Assembly (NCBI GenBank): GCA_002269645.1
Contig: NIVC01001408.1
Span: forward strand, 62,001-126,000
DNA: 64,000 nucleotides
Reading direction: 5' to 3'
From: Macrostomum lignano
Lineage: Eukaryota
Shown here: piece by piece, positions 33,601 through 46,900 of the stretch
How the letters are laid out: every line of letters starts with the position of its first letter
How positions within the stretch are numbered: position 1 is the first letter of the stretch
The notes under the pieces: model-generated
Seen by the model: the letters and a program-made list of their open reading frames with translations, nothing else
What the model was told of the DNA's origin: nothing
Database searches by the model: none
Program-made: the position numbers and the translations under genes

Positions 33601-36600
33601 GTGAAACTGACATCCATCAAAATCGTCTCCGTAAAACAGAAATACATCTAGATTCTCTCCACGAAAAAGAAATCCTCTCCGTGAAACCGAAAACCATCAG
33701 AATACTCCGTGAAACTGGACTCAATCGAAATTTTCTCTGTCAAAAAGAACTTAACTCTCAGAATTCATTGGTTAGGGTTAGGGTTAGAGCTGCACAGAGC
33801 TGCGTGTTGAATTAATTGAATCAATTAATTGCGCAAACCATTTCTCAGTCAGACAGTATCAGTCTTATTTAAAGTTAAATAAACGGTTGCGCAATCTAAA
33901 TCAACCCTCCAATACGCAGCGGCAGACCCCCTTCCAATACGCCCAACTTTATCTATTACGTCTCGCAAAACTGAGTACAATTTTTGCAGAAAGTTAAAAG
34001 TATGGAAATAGTTTTTTAAATGCTGTGCTTTTTCTTTTCATATTTAAAGCATACAACTTATATCCCCGAACTCAGCGTTGCAAGATCTTTCCAGCAATAT
34101 AAGTCTCTCCTCTCAAAGTTTAAAACTCGAGGAACAGTTAGCGTTTGAAATTTACCAATTTCCCGACTGCTTGCTAGAGAAGCTCGCAAGTTTATTCATT
34201 GAATTTCACTGCCAAACTAATACACAGGGCTGCCAATAATAAAACCAAATGAATCTCGACACAGTCTATCTATTTACACTGTACAACTGCTATGTACACT
34301 CAGCCCAAGCCCAACCCCCGTTCTGGGGAAGCATTAAATTTAACTCGACCCCCCCAACACGCGGGGGTTTTATTTGCATTGAACGCAGAACACGCGCACC
34401 CACCACCCCTCAATACACAGCGGCCCGCGGGCGGAGGTTGGGGTGGCTATTTTTACAAACTGGCTGAAGCCCCAGGCAGAGTGACCAAAGAAGGTTATTG
34501 GGGGTTAAAAAAGCAGTTTTCTGCTTTTTTAGGGATGTTAAAATGTGAAAATTAAAAATTAAAATAGCCTTAAGCCTGCTCCGGAAAATTTGCAGTTTTC
34601 CCATATAAGTTTCGACGTTGACTTGGCAGAATTGTAGGAGTTCACTTGCTACATACAGACAGACAGACATACAGACAGACAAACATCGCGTCGGTTTTAG
34701 TATAAGGATTCATTGAATTTCACTGCCAAGCTAATACACAGGGCTGCCTATGGAGAAAAAAGGCGCCAATAATAAAACCAAATGAATCTCGACACAGTCT
34801 ATCTATTTACACTGTACAACTGCTATGTACACTCAGCCCAAGCCCTACCCCCGTTCTGGGGGAAGCATTAAATTTAACTGAACCCCCCCCACACGCGGGG
34901 GGTTTTATTTCCACTCGCACCCACCACCCCTCAATACACAGCGGCCCGCGGGCGGAGGTTGGGGTGGCTATTTTTACAAACTGGCTGCAGCCCCAGGCAG
35001 AGTGGCCAAAGAAGGTTATTGGGGGTTAAAAAAGCAGTTTTCTGCTTTTTTAGGGATGTTAAAATGTGAAAATTAAAAATTAAAATAGCCTAAAGCCTGC
35101 TCCGGAAAATTTGCAGTTTTCCCATATAAGTTTCGACGCTGACTTGGCAGTATTGTAGGAGTTCACTTACAACATACATACACACAAACAACGCACCAAC
35201 TTTAGTATTAACGAAGAAAACAACGCACCACTTTTAGTATTAAAGATGACTTGGCAGTATTGTAGGAGTTCACTTACAACAAACATACACACAAACAACG
35301 CACCACTTTTAGTATTAAGAGGATTCATTGAATTTCACTGCCAAGCTAATACACAGGGCTGCCTATGGAGAAAAAAGGCGCCAATAATAAAACCAAATGA
35401 ATCTCGACACAGTCTATCTATTTACACTGTACAACTGCTATGTACACTCAGCCCAAGCCCTACCCCCGTTCTGGGGGAAGCATTAAATTTAACTGAACCC
35501 CCCCACACGCGGGGGGTTTTATTTCCACTCGCACCCACCACCCCTCAATACACAGCGGCCCGCGGGCGGAGGTTGGGGTGGCTATTTTTACAAACTGGCT
35601 GCAGCCCCAGGCAGAGTGGCCAAAGAAGGTTATTGGGGGTTAAAAAAGCAGTTTTCTGCTTTTTTAGGGATGTTAAAATGTGAAAATTAAAAATTAAAAT
35701 AGCCTAAAGCCTGCTCCGGAAAATTTGCAGTTTTCCCATATAAGTTTCGACGCTGACTTGGCAGTATTGTAGGAGTTCACTTACAACATACATACACACA
35801 AACAACGCACCACTTTTAGTATAAGGACGTCTGCAAAAATGAGCACAATCTTTGCAGAAAGTAAAAGTATAGAAATCGTTTTTCGAATGCTGTGCTTTTT
35901 CTTTACACATTTAAAGCAAACAACTTATATCCCCGAACTCAGCGTTGCAAGATCTTTCCAGCAATATAAGTCTCTCCCTTCAAAGTTTAAATCTCGAGGA
36001 ACAGTTAACGTTTAAATCTTTCTGATTTAGAGCATTGAATTTTTAAGAGTACATTCACTGCCTGCTACAGGGGGAGGCTCGCACGTTTATTCATTGAATT
36101 TCACTGCCGCCTCAACATCCCTAACACGGGGGGGGGGTTCTATTTGCTCCATTGCTCAGTGCACACAGTTGTGGCGCAATCACTAAAAAAATCTGTACTA
36201 TTTGTACTTGTACTTGGCTACACCCCCTCAGTTAAAAGAATACACTACACAGATAGGCCAGCTGTTGTGGCGTAATCATTAAGAGTTGCGCAAGGTGATC
36301 GTAATCCCTATTGTTATACTATTTCTGCTTTTTTAGGGATCTTAAAATACGAAAATGCAAAATTTTAATAGCCTAAAGCCATCCTCGGACAATTTGCAGT
36401 TTTCCCATATAAGTTTCAACACTGACTTGCGAGTAGTCTGGGAGGAGTTATGCAACAAACGGACGCACAAACATCGCACCAACTTTAGTATTTACGAGGC
36501 CAACTCCTCCTTCGGAGAAGAAAGGGGAAGAACTCCAATCAGCGGAATTCCATTCCCTGAACTCCATCAGCGGAATCCCATTTTCCAACACCTCTCCGCG

Positions 36601-39600
36601 CAACAGAAATCGTCTCCGTGAAACTGAACACTATCGAAATCCTCTCCGTGAAACTGAACACCATCGAAATATTCTCCGCGAAATAGAAATCCTCTCCGTG
36701 AAACTGGACTAAATCGAAATTTCTACGTCAAACAGCCCAGCTCTCAGAATTCATTGGTTAAGGTTAGGGTTAGGGTTAGAGCTACACACAGCTGCGTGTT
36801 GAAAGACGCCGTAAAAACATTGAACCAATTAAATTGCGCAACTTATTTCTCAGGCAGTCAGTATCAGCCTCAGTTAAAGTTAACAAAAAGATTGCGCAAT
36901 CTAAATCAACCCTCAAATACACAGCAACCGACCCCCCTTCCAATACGCAGTGCAGCTAGAAATTGAACCCCCCTCACCAACTATTGGGGGGTCGGTCGAA
37001 CCCCCATTGAACTCCAAAATGAGCAAAATCTTTGCAGAAAGCTAAAAGTATGAAAATCTTTTCTTGAATGCTGTGAATTTAATTTTCATATTTAAAGCAA
37101 AAAACTTATATCCCCGAACTCATCGCAGCAAGATCTTTCCAGCAATATAAGTCTCTCCTCTCTAAGTTCAAAACTCGAGCAACAGTTAGTGTTTGAAACT
37201 TTCTGATTTTAAGCATTGAAATATCGAGTGTACGTTCACTGCCTGCTAAAGATGCTCGCAAGTTTATGCATTAAAATGCACTGAATTTCACTGTGCAAAA
37301 AATACACAGGGCTTCCTGTTAAAAAACAGAACACAAATAGTTGCGCAATTGTCTATAAAGTCAGCCAGTGAGCCAGGGTCCAATTGTACACACGCCGCCA
37401 ATGAGAACGCGCCCATTCCCCACAGGAGAGAAAATGCACTGGCGACATAGGAAAAAGTTGTGGCGTAATCACTCAAAATTTATGCCAATTTTCAGCTCCG
37501 AGCAGAAAGAGGGGACAATTAAGATTATCAAAGGTCAAGAACGCCATTTTCTGCTTTTTTAGGGATCTTAAAAATTGAAAATGAAAGATTAAAATAGCCT
37601 AAAGCCATCCTCGGAAATTTTGCAGTTTTCCCATATAAGTTTCAACGCTGAGTTGCAAGTATTCTGGGAGGAGTTATGCAACAAACGGACAAACAGACAA
37701 ACAGACAAACATCGCACCACTTTTAGTATTAAGACGAGGCCAACTCCTCCTCTGGAGGAGAAAGGGGAAGAATTCCCATCACCGGTACTCCATTCCCTGA
37801 AATGCCATTCCCTGAATCCCATCATCCAACTCCTCTCCGCGAAACTGAACATCATCGAAATCTTCTCCGTAAAAGAGAACTCCATCAAACACCTCTCCGT
37901 GAAACTGACATTCATCAAAATCCCCTCCGAGAAATAGAAATCCTCTCCACCAAACAGAAATCCTCTCCGTCAAAATTAAAACATTGAAATCGTCTCCGCT
38001 AAACTGGACTCAATCGATTTTTTCCGTCAAACAACTCAACTCTCCAGATTCATTGGTTAGGGTTAGGGTTAGGGTTAGGGTTAGAACTACGCACAGCTTC
38101 GTGTTAAAAGGCACTGATAAAAATATTGAACTAATTGAATCAATTCATTGCGCAACCGATTTCACAGTCAGTCAGTATCAGTCTCAGTTAAAGTTAACAA
38201 AAACATTGCGCAATCTAAATCAACCCTCCAATACACAGCAGCAGTGAGAAGTTGAACCCTCCCCCCCAACTTTATCTATTACGTCTCGCAAAACTGAGAA
38301 CAATTTTTGCAGAAAATTAAAAGCATGGAAATAGTTTTTTTAAATGCTGTGCTTTTTCTTTTCATATTTAAAGATAACAAATTATATCCCCGAACTCAGC
38401 GTTGCAAGATCTTTCCAGCAATATAAGTTTCTCCTATCAAAGTTAGAAACTCGAGCAACAGTTTGCGTTTGAAACTTTCTGATTTAAAGCATTGAAATAT
38501 CGAGTGTACGTTCACTGCCTGCTAAAGAGGCTCGCAAGTTTATGCATTGAATTTCAATGTTCAAAACTTCACAGCGCAGCCTATTGAAAGGCACAGATAA
38601 TAAAACAAATTGATGGCGCAACCGATTTCACAGTCAGTCAGTATCAGTCTCAGTTCAAGTTAACAAAAAGTTTGCGCAATCTAAATCAACCCTCCAGTAC
38701 ACAGCGCCCGACCCCCTTCCACTACGCAGTGGCAGTTAGAAATTGAACCCCCAACTGTTGGGGGGTCAGTCGAACGCCCATTGAACCCCAAAATGAGTAC
38801 AATCTTTGCAGAAAGCTAAAAGTCTGGAAATAGTTTTTTTGATGCTGTGCTTTTAGTTTTTCTATTTAAAGCAAACAATTTATATCCTCGAACTCAGTGT
38901 TGCAAGATCTATTCAGCAGTATAAGTCTCTTCTCTTAACATTTAGAACTCGAAGAGCAGTTAGCGTTTGAAACTGTCTGATTTATAGCATTGAAGTATCG
39001 AGTGTACGTTAACTACCTGCTTGCTAGCTGATGCATTGAATTTCAATGTCCAACAAATACACAGGGCTGCCCATTGAGAGGCAAGAAAACTTATCAGTAG
39101 CCAAATCATTGCGCAATTATCTATACAGTCAGCCAGTGAGCCAGGGTCCAATTGTACGCATGCAGCCACTTAGAACGCCCCATCCCCCCACTGGAGAGTA
39201 AATGCACTGGCGACATAGGAAAAAGTTGTGGCGTAATCACTCAAAATTCATGCAAATTTTCAGCTCCGAGCAGAAAGAGGGTACAATTAAGATTATCAAA
39301 GGTCAGAATTGCCGTTTTCTGCTTTTTTAGGGATCTTAAAATGTAAAAATAAAAGATTAAAACAGCCTAAAGCCATCCTCGGAAAATTTGCAGTTTTCCC
39401 ACATAAGTTTCAACGCTGACTTGCAAGTATTCTAGGAGGAGTTATCCAACAAACACACACACACACAGACAAACAACGCACCAGTTTTAGTATTAAGACG
39501 AGGCCAACTCCTCCTTCGGAGAAGAAAGGGGAAGAACTCCAATCAGCGGAATTCCATTCCCTGAACTCCATCAGCGGAATCCCATTTTCCAACACCTCTC

Positions 39601-42479
39601 CGCGCAACAGAAATCGTCTCCGTGAAACTGAACACCATCGAAATATTCTCCGCGAAATAGAAATCCTCTCCGTGAAACTGGACTAAATCGAAATTTCTAC
39701 GTCAAACAGCCCAGCTCTCAGAATTCATTGGTTAAGGTTAGGGTTAGGGTTAGAGCTACACACAGCTGCGTGTTGAAAGACGCCGTAAAAACATTGAACC
39801 AATTAAATTGCGCAACTTATTTCTCAGGCAGTCAGTATCAGCCTCAGTTAAAGTTAACAAAAAGATTGCGCAATCTAAATCAGCCCTCCAATACACAGCA
39901 ACCGACCCCCCTTCCAATACGCAGTGCAGCTAGAAATTGAACCCCCCCCCACCAACTATTGGGGGGTCGGTCGAACCCCCATTGAACTCCAAAATGAGCA
40001 CAATCTTTGCAGAAAGCTAAAAGTATGAAAATCTTTTCTTGAATGCTGTGAATTTAATTTTCATATTTAAAGCAAAAAACTTATATCCCCGAACTCATTG
40101 CAGCAAGATCTTTCCAGCAATATAAGTCTCTCCTCTCTAAGTTCAAAACTCGAGCAACAGTTAGTGTTTGAAACTTTCTGATTTTAAGCATTGAAATATC
40201 GAGTGTACGTTCACTGCCTGCTAAAGATGCTCGCAAGTTTATGCATTAAAATGCACTGAATTTCACTGTGCAAAAAATACACAGGGCTTCCTGTTAAAAA
40301 ACAGAACACAAATAGTTGCGCAATTGTCTATAAAGTCAGTCAGTGAGCCAGGGTTCAAGTGTACACACGCAGCCACTGAGAACGCGACCATCCCCCACTT
40401 GAGAGAAAATACACTGCCAAGATAGAAAAATTTTATGGCGCAATCACTAAAATTTATGCAAATTTTCAGCTCCAAGCAGAAAGAGGGGACAATTAAGATT
40501 ATCAAAGGTCAAGACCGCCATTTTCTGCTTTTTTAGGGATCTTAAAAATTGAAAATGAAAGATTAAAATAGCCTAAAGCCATCCTCGGAAAATTTGCAGT
40601 TTTCCCATATAAGTTTCAACGCTGACTTGCAAGTATTCTAGGAGGTACACAGGGCTTCCAGTTAAAAAACAGAACACAAATAGTTGCGCAATTGTCTATA
40701 AAGTCAGTCAGTGAGCCAGGGTTCAAGTGTACACACGCAGCCACTGAGAACGCGACCATCCCCCCACTTGAGAGAAAATACACTGCCAAGATAGAAAAAT
40801 TTTATGGCGCAATCACTAAAATTGATGCAAATTTTCAGCTCCAAGCAGAAAGAGGGGACAATTAAGATTATCAAAGGTCAAGACCGCCATTTTCTGCTTT
40901 TTTAGGGATCTTAAAATGTAAAAATAAAAGATTAAAATAGCCTAAAGCCATCCTCGGAAAATTTGCAGTTTTCCCACATAAGTTTCAACGCTGACTTGCA
41001 AGTATTCTAGGAGGAGTTATCCAACAAACACACACACACACAGACAAACAACGCACCAACTTTAGTATTAAGAAGACGAGGCCAACTCCTCCTTCGGAGA
41101 AGAAAGGGGAAGAACTCCAATCAGCGGAATTCCATTCCCTGAACTCCATCAGCGGAATCCCATTTTCCAACACCTCTCCGCGCAACAGAAATCGTCTCCG
41201 TGAAACTGAACACTATCGAAATCCTCTCCGTGAAACTGAACACCATCGAAATATTCTCCGCGAAATAGAAATCCTCTCCGTGAAACTGGACTAAATCGAA
41301 ATTTCTACGTCAAACAGCCCAGCTCTCAGAATTCATTGGTTAGGGTTAGGGTTAGGGTTAGAGCTACACACAGCTGCGTGTTGAAAGGCGCCGTAAAAAC
41401 ATTGAACCAATTAAATTGCGCAACTTATTTCTCAGGCAGTCAGTATCAGCGTCGGTTAAAGTTAACAAAAAGATTGCGCAATCTAAATCAGCCCTCCAAT
41501 ACACAGCAACCGACCCCCTTCCAATACGCAGTGCAGCTAGAAATTGAACCCCCCCTACTAACTATTGGGGGGGGGTCGGTCGAACCCCCATTGAACTCCA
41601 AAATGAGCAAAATCTTTGCAGAAAGCTAAAAGTATGAAAATCTTTTCTTGAATGCTGTGAATTTAATTTTCATATTTAAAGCAAAAAACTTATATCCCCG
41701 AACTCATTGCAGCAAGATCTTTCCAGCAATATAAGTCTCTCCTCTCTAAGTTCAAAACTCGAGCAACAGTTAGTGTTTGAAACTTTCTGATTTTAAGCAT
41801 TGAAATATCGAGTGTACGTTCACTGCCTGCTAAAGATGCTCGCAAGTTTATGCATTAAAATGCACTGAATTTCACTGTGCAAAAAATACACAGGGCTTCC
41901 TGTTAAAAAACAGAACACAAATAGTTGCGCAATTGTCTATAAAGTCAGCCAGTGAGCCAGGGTCCAATTGTACACACGCCGCCAATGAGAACGCGCCCAT
42001 TCCCCCACAGGAGAGAAAATGCACTGGCGACATAGGAAAAAGTTGTGGCGTAATCACTCAAAATTCATGCAAATTTTCAGCTCCGAGCAGAAAGAGGGTA
42101 CAATTAAGATTATCAAAGGTCAGAATTGCCGTTTTCTGCTTTTTTAGGGATCTTAAAATGTAAAAATAAAAGATTAAAATAGCCTAAAGCCATCCTCGGA
42201 AAATTTGCAGTTTTCCCACATAAGTTTCAACGCTGACTTGCAAGTATTCTAGGAGGAGTTATCCAACAAACACACACACACACGGACAAACAACGCACCA
42301 ACTTTAGTATTAAGACGAGTGGAACTCCTCCTCTGGAGGAGAAAGGGGAAGAACTCCAATCACCGGAATTCCATTCCCTGAAATATCCATCAACTGAAAT
42401 TCCATGTCTAGAACCCTATCTTCCAAATCGTCTCCAAATTCTTTATAAAACCTTTCAAAGCCCATAGCTTAAAGACTCT

Positions 42480-43965
42480 CACGTCTCTCATATCTCCTCT
42501 CTCCTCTCTTCGCTATTATCGTGACTCGCTTCTCTCTCCTCTCTCTCATCTCATCTCTACCCCTACTCCCTTATTTATCTCTTCTCCCTCGTCTTTCGTC
42601 TGTACCCTCTTCATTCTCTTGTCTCCTCTCTTCTCTCATTTCTCTCCTCTTCACTTCTGTCTCCTGTCTTCTCTTCTCTCCTCTCTCATATCTCATATCT
42701 ACTCACTTATCTATCGTCTCTCCTTAACCCTCTCTCTCTCTCTTCTCTTTTCTCTCCTCTCTGCTCTTTTTTCTCATATCTCATACGCTCTCACTCTCTA
42801 CTTTCTTATCTCCCATCTTTCTTTCCTCCTTTCCACTATCCCCTGTCTCTTCTCTTCTCTCTTTTCTATCCTCTCCATTCTCTCTTCTCTTCTCTCCTTT
42901 CTCCTTTCATCTTTTCCCCTCTCTAAGCTCTAATCTCTTCTCTCTTATGTTCTCACTCATCTTTTTTCTCATCGCACCTCTCATCTCCTTTCTCATCGCA
43001 TCTCTCATCTCTCCTCTCCTTACTACTCTTCCTCTCTTAACTCTCTCATCTCTGATCCTTCATCTCTCTCCTCTCTCGCCTCTCTCTTCTCCTCTCGCTT
43101 CTCGATGTCCTCTATCTCCTCTCATCTCTACTACCTTATTTATCTCTTCTCCCTCGTCCTTCGTGTCTACTCTCTCCTGTCTCCTCTCTCCCCTCTTTTC
43201 TCCTCTCTTATATCTCATCTCTACTCACTTATCTATCGTCTCTCCTCTACCCTCTATTTCTTATCTTTTCTTTCCCCTTTCTGCTCTCATTTCTCATGTC
43301 ACCTATGCGCTCTCACCCTCTCCTTTCTTATCTACCATCTTTCTTCCCTCCTTTCTACCATCTCCTGTCTTCCTTTCTTCTCTCCTCTCTCTCCTCTCCT
43401 CTCCTCGCTTATCTCTTCTCCTTTCTCCTCTCATCATCTAATCTCTTATCTCATCTCTCTTATGTTCTCACTCATCTCTTCTCATCGCATCTCTCATCTC
43501 TCCTCTCCTCACTACTTTCCTCTCTTAACTCTCTCATCTCTGATCTTTCATCTCTCTCCTCTCTCCTCTCTCTCTTCTCCTCTCACTTCTCTCTCCTCTC
43601 TCTCCTCTCATCTCTACTACCTTATTTATATCTTCTCCCTGGTCTTTCGTCTCTACTCTCTCCTGTCTCATTTCTCCCCTCTTTTCTCCTCTCTTCTCTC
43701 TCCCCTTCTCTCCCATATCTCATTCCTCATCTCACTCTTTATTTCTCCTCTACTCTCCCCTCTCTTCTATTTCTTCTGTACGCTCTTATCCCTCATCTAT
43801 TCTCTCTCCTATCATCTCCTCTCTCCTCTTCTCTTCTATCCCCCTCTTCATTCCTGCATCACTCCCCTCTTCTCTCCTATCTGTCATCTCTCCTCTCTCA
43901 TTTCTACTCTTTTCTATCATCTCATCTCTCTTCTCTTTTCGCTCTTCTCTTTACTCTCTTCTCTG
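42480..43965. repeat. Degenerate polypyrimidine (CT-rich) block inside a Helitron unit; homologous blocks at ~19590-20130, 20420-20890, 33040-33465 and 45410-46355
   Basis: The + strand is almost G-free, and the shared motif CTACTCCCTTATTTATCTCTTCTCCCTCGTCTTTCG recurs within and between blocks. Confidence 0.85.
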
Positions 43966-46900
43966 ACTGACTGAAGATGCCAAATCCATCAAAATCCTCT
44001 CCGCGAAGCAGAAAAATCCTGTCCGTGCAACTGAAAACCATCGAAATCCTCTCCGTGAAACTGGACTCCTTCGAAATCCTCTCATTGAAACTTAAATCTA
44101 TCAAAATCGTTTCCATAAAACATAAATCAATCATAAATTATCTCCGCGAAACAGAAATCCTCTCCGTGAAGCTGAACATCATCGAAATCCTCTCCACGAA
44201 ACAGAAATCCTCTCCGTCAAAAAACATTAAAACATTGAAATCGTCTCCGCTAAACTGGACTCAATCGAATTTTTTTCCATCAAACAACTCAACTCTCAGG
44301 ATTCATTGGTTAGGGTTAGGGTTAGGGTTAGAACTACGCACAGCTTCGTGTTAAAAGGCACTGATAAAAATATTGAACTAATTGAATCAATTCATTGCGC
44401 AACCGATTTCCCAGTCAGTCAGTATCAGTCTCAGTTAAAGTTAACAAAAACATTGTGCAATCTAAATCAACCCTCCAATACACAGCAGCAGGGAGAAGTT
44501 GAACCCTTCCCCCAACTTTATCTATTACGTCTCGCAAAACTGAGTACAATTTTTGCAGAAAGTTAAAAGTATGGAAATAGTTTTTTAAATGCTGTGCTTT
44601 TTCTTTTCATATTTAAAGCAAACAACTTATATCCCCGAACTCAGCGTTGCAAGATCTTTCCAGCAATATAAGTTTCATCTCTCAAAGTTTAAAACTCGAG
44701 GAACAGTTAGCGTTTGAAATTTACCGATTTCCCGACTGCTTGCCTGAGAGGCTCGCAAGTTTGTTCATTGAATTTTATTGCCAAGCTGATAATAAAACCA
44801 ATTGAATCTCGACACAGTCTATCTATTTACACTGTACAACTGCTATGTACACTCAGCCCAAGCCCTATTCCCGTTCTGGGGGAATCATTAAATTTAACTC
44901 AACCCCCAACACGCGGGGGGTTTTATTTGCATTGAACCCAGAACACGCGCACCCACCACCCCTCAATACACAGCGGCCCGCGGGCGGAGGTTGGGGTGGC
45001 TATTTTTACAAACTGGCTGCAGCCCCAGGCAGAGTAGCAAAAGAAGGTTATTGGGGGTCAAAAAGGCAGTTTTCTGCTTTTTTGAGGATCTTAGAAATTA
45101 AAATTTCATAATTAAAATAGCCTATAGCCGACCTCGGATAATTTCCAATCTTCCCATATAAGTTTCAACGCTGAGTTGGCACTATTCAAGGAGGAGTTGT
45201 CGAAATGACAGACAGACAGACAAACAACGCGTCAACTTTAGTATATACGAGTGGAACTCCTCCTTCGGAGGAGAAAGGGGAAGAACTCCCATCACCGGAA
45301 TTCCATTCCCTGAATTATCCATCAACTGAAATTCCATGTCTTGAACCCCATCTTTCAAATCGTCTCCAAATTCTTTACAAACCTTTCAAAGACCATAGCT
45401 CAAAGACTCTTACGTCTCTCATATCTCCTCTCTCTTCTATTCGCTATTATCATGACTCTCTTCTCTCTCCTCTCTCTCATCTCATCTCTACCCCTACTCC
45501 CTTATTTATCTCTTCTCCCTCGTCTTTCGTTTGTACCCTCTCCTGTCTCTTGTCTCCTCTCTTCTCTCATATCTCTCCTCTTCACTTCTGTCTCCTGTCT
45601 CCTCTCTTCTCTCTTATCTCTCCCTCTTCTCTCCTCTCTCATATGTCATCTCTCCTTACTTATCTATCGTCTCTCTTAACCCTCTCTCTCTTCTCTTTTC
45701 TCTCCTATCTGCTTCTCATTTCTCATATCTCATATACGCTCTCACACTCTACTTTCTTGTCTCCCATCTTTCTTTCCTCCTTACCACTATCCCCTGTCTC
45801 TTCTCTTCTCTCTTTTCTATCCTCTCCATTCTCTCATCTCTCCTCTCCTCACTACTTTCCTTCTCTTAACTCTCTTATCTCTGATCTTTCATCTCTTTCC
45901 TCTATCCTCTCTCTCTCTTCTCCTCTCGCTTCTCTCCCTCCTCTCTCTCCTCTCATCTATACTACCTTATTTATATCTTCTCCCTGGTCTTTCGTCTCTA
46001 CTCTCTCCTGTCTCATTTCTCCCCTCTTTTCTCCTCTCTTCTCTCTCCCCTCCTCACTCATCTCTCATCCCTCATCTCACTCCTTCTTTCTCCTCTACTC
46101 TCCCCTCTTTTCTATTACCTCTGTACGCTCTTATCCCTCATCTCTATTCTCTCTCCTATCATCTCTCTTGTCTCCCTCTGCTATCTCATATCTCCCCTCT
46201 CGTCTCCTCTCTCCTCTTCTCTTCTCTCTCCTTCGTTTCCGCCTTACTTCCCTCTTCTCTCCCATCTGTCATGTCTAATTTCTCCACTCATTTCTCCTCT
46301 GTTTTCTACCCACTCATCTCTCTTCTTTTTTCATTCTTCTCTTTACTCTCTTCTCTGACTGATTGAAGATGCCAAATCCATCAAGATCCTCTCCGCGAAG
46401 CAGTCTGTGCAACTGAAAACCATCGAAATTCTCTCTTTAAAACTGGACTCAATCGAAATTTTCTCCGTCAAAAAGAATAAAATATCATGATTCACTGGAT
46501 AGGGTTATTGTTAGGGTTAGGGTTAGGGTTAGAGCTACACACAGCTGCGTGTCCAAATAAAAAAATTGAAACAATTGAATCAATTGATTGCGCAACCGAT
46601 TTCTCAGTCAGTCAGTATCAGTCTCAGTTAAAGTTAACAAAAAGATTGCGCAATTTAAATCAACCCTCCAGTACACAGAGACCGACCCCTTTTCAATACG
46701 CAGTGGCAGTTAGAAATTGAACCCCCAACTGTTGGGAGCATTGAACTAAAAATGAGTACAATCTTTGCAGAAAGCTAAAAGTATGGAAATAGTTTTTTTA
46801 TGCTGTGCTTTTAGTCTTTATATTTAAAGCAAACAATTTATATCCTTGAACTCAGCGTTGCAAGATCTTTTCAGCAGTATAAGTCTCTTCTCTTAAAGTT

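Noticed and set aside
19556-46278. Leu/Ser-rich 'membrane protein' ORFs (for example 43105-43974 and 45205-46278)
   Set aside because: They result from G-free CT-rich sequence that cannot form TAG/TGA stops easily.
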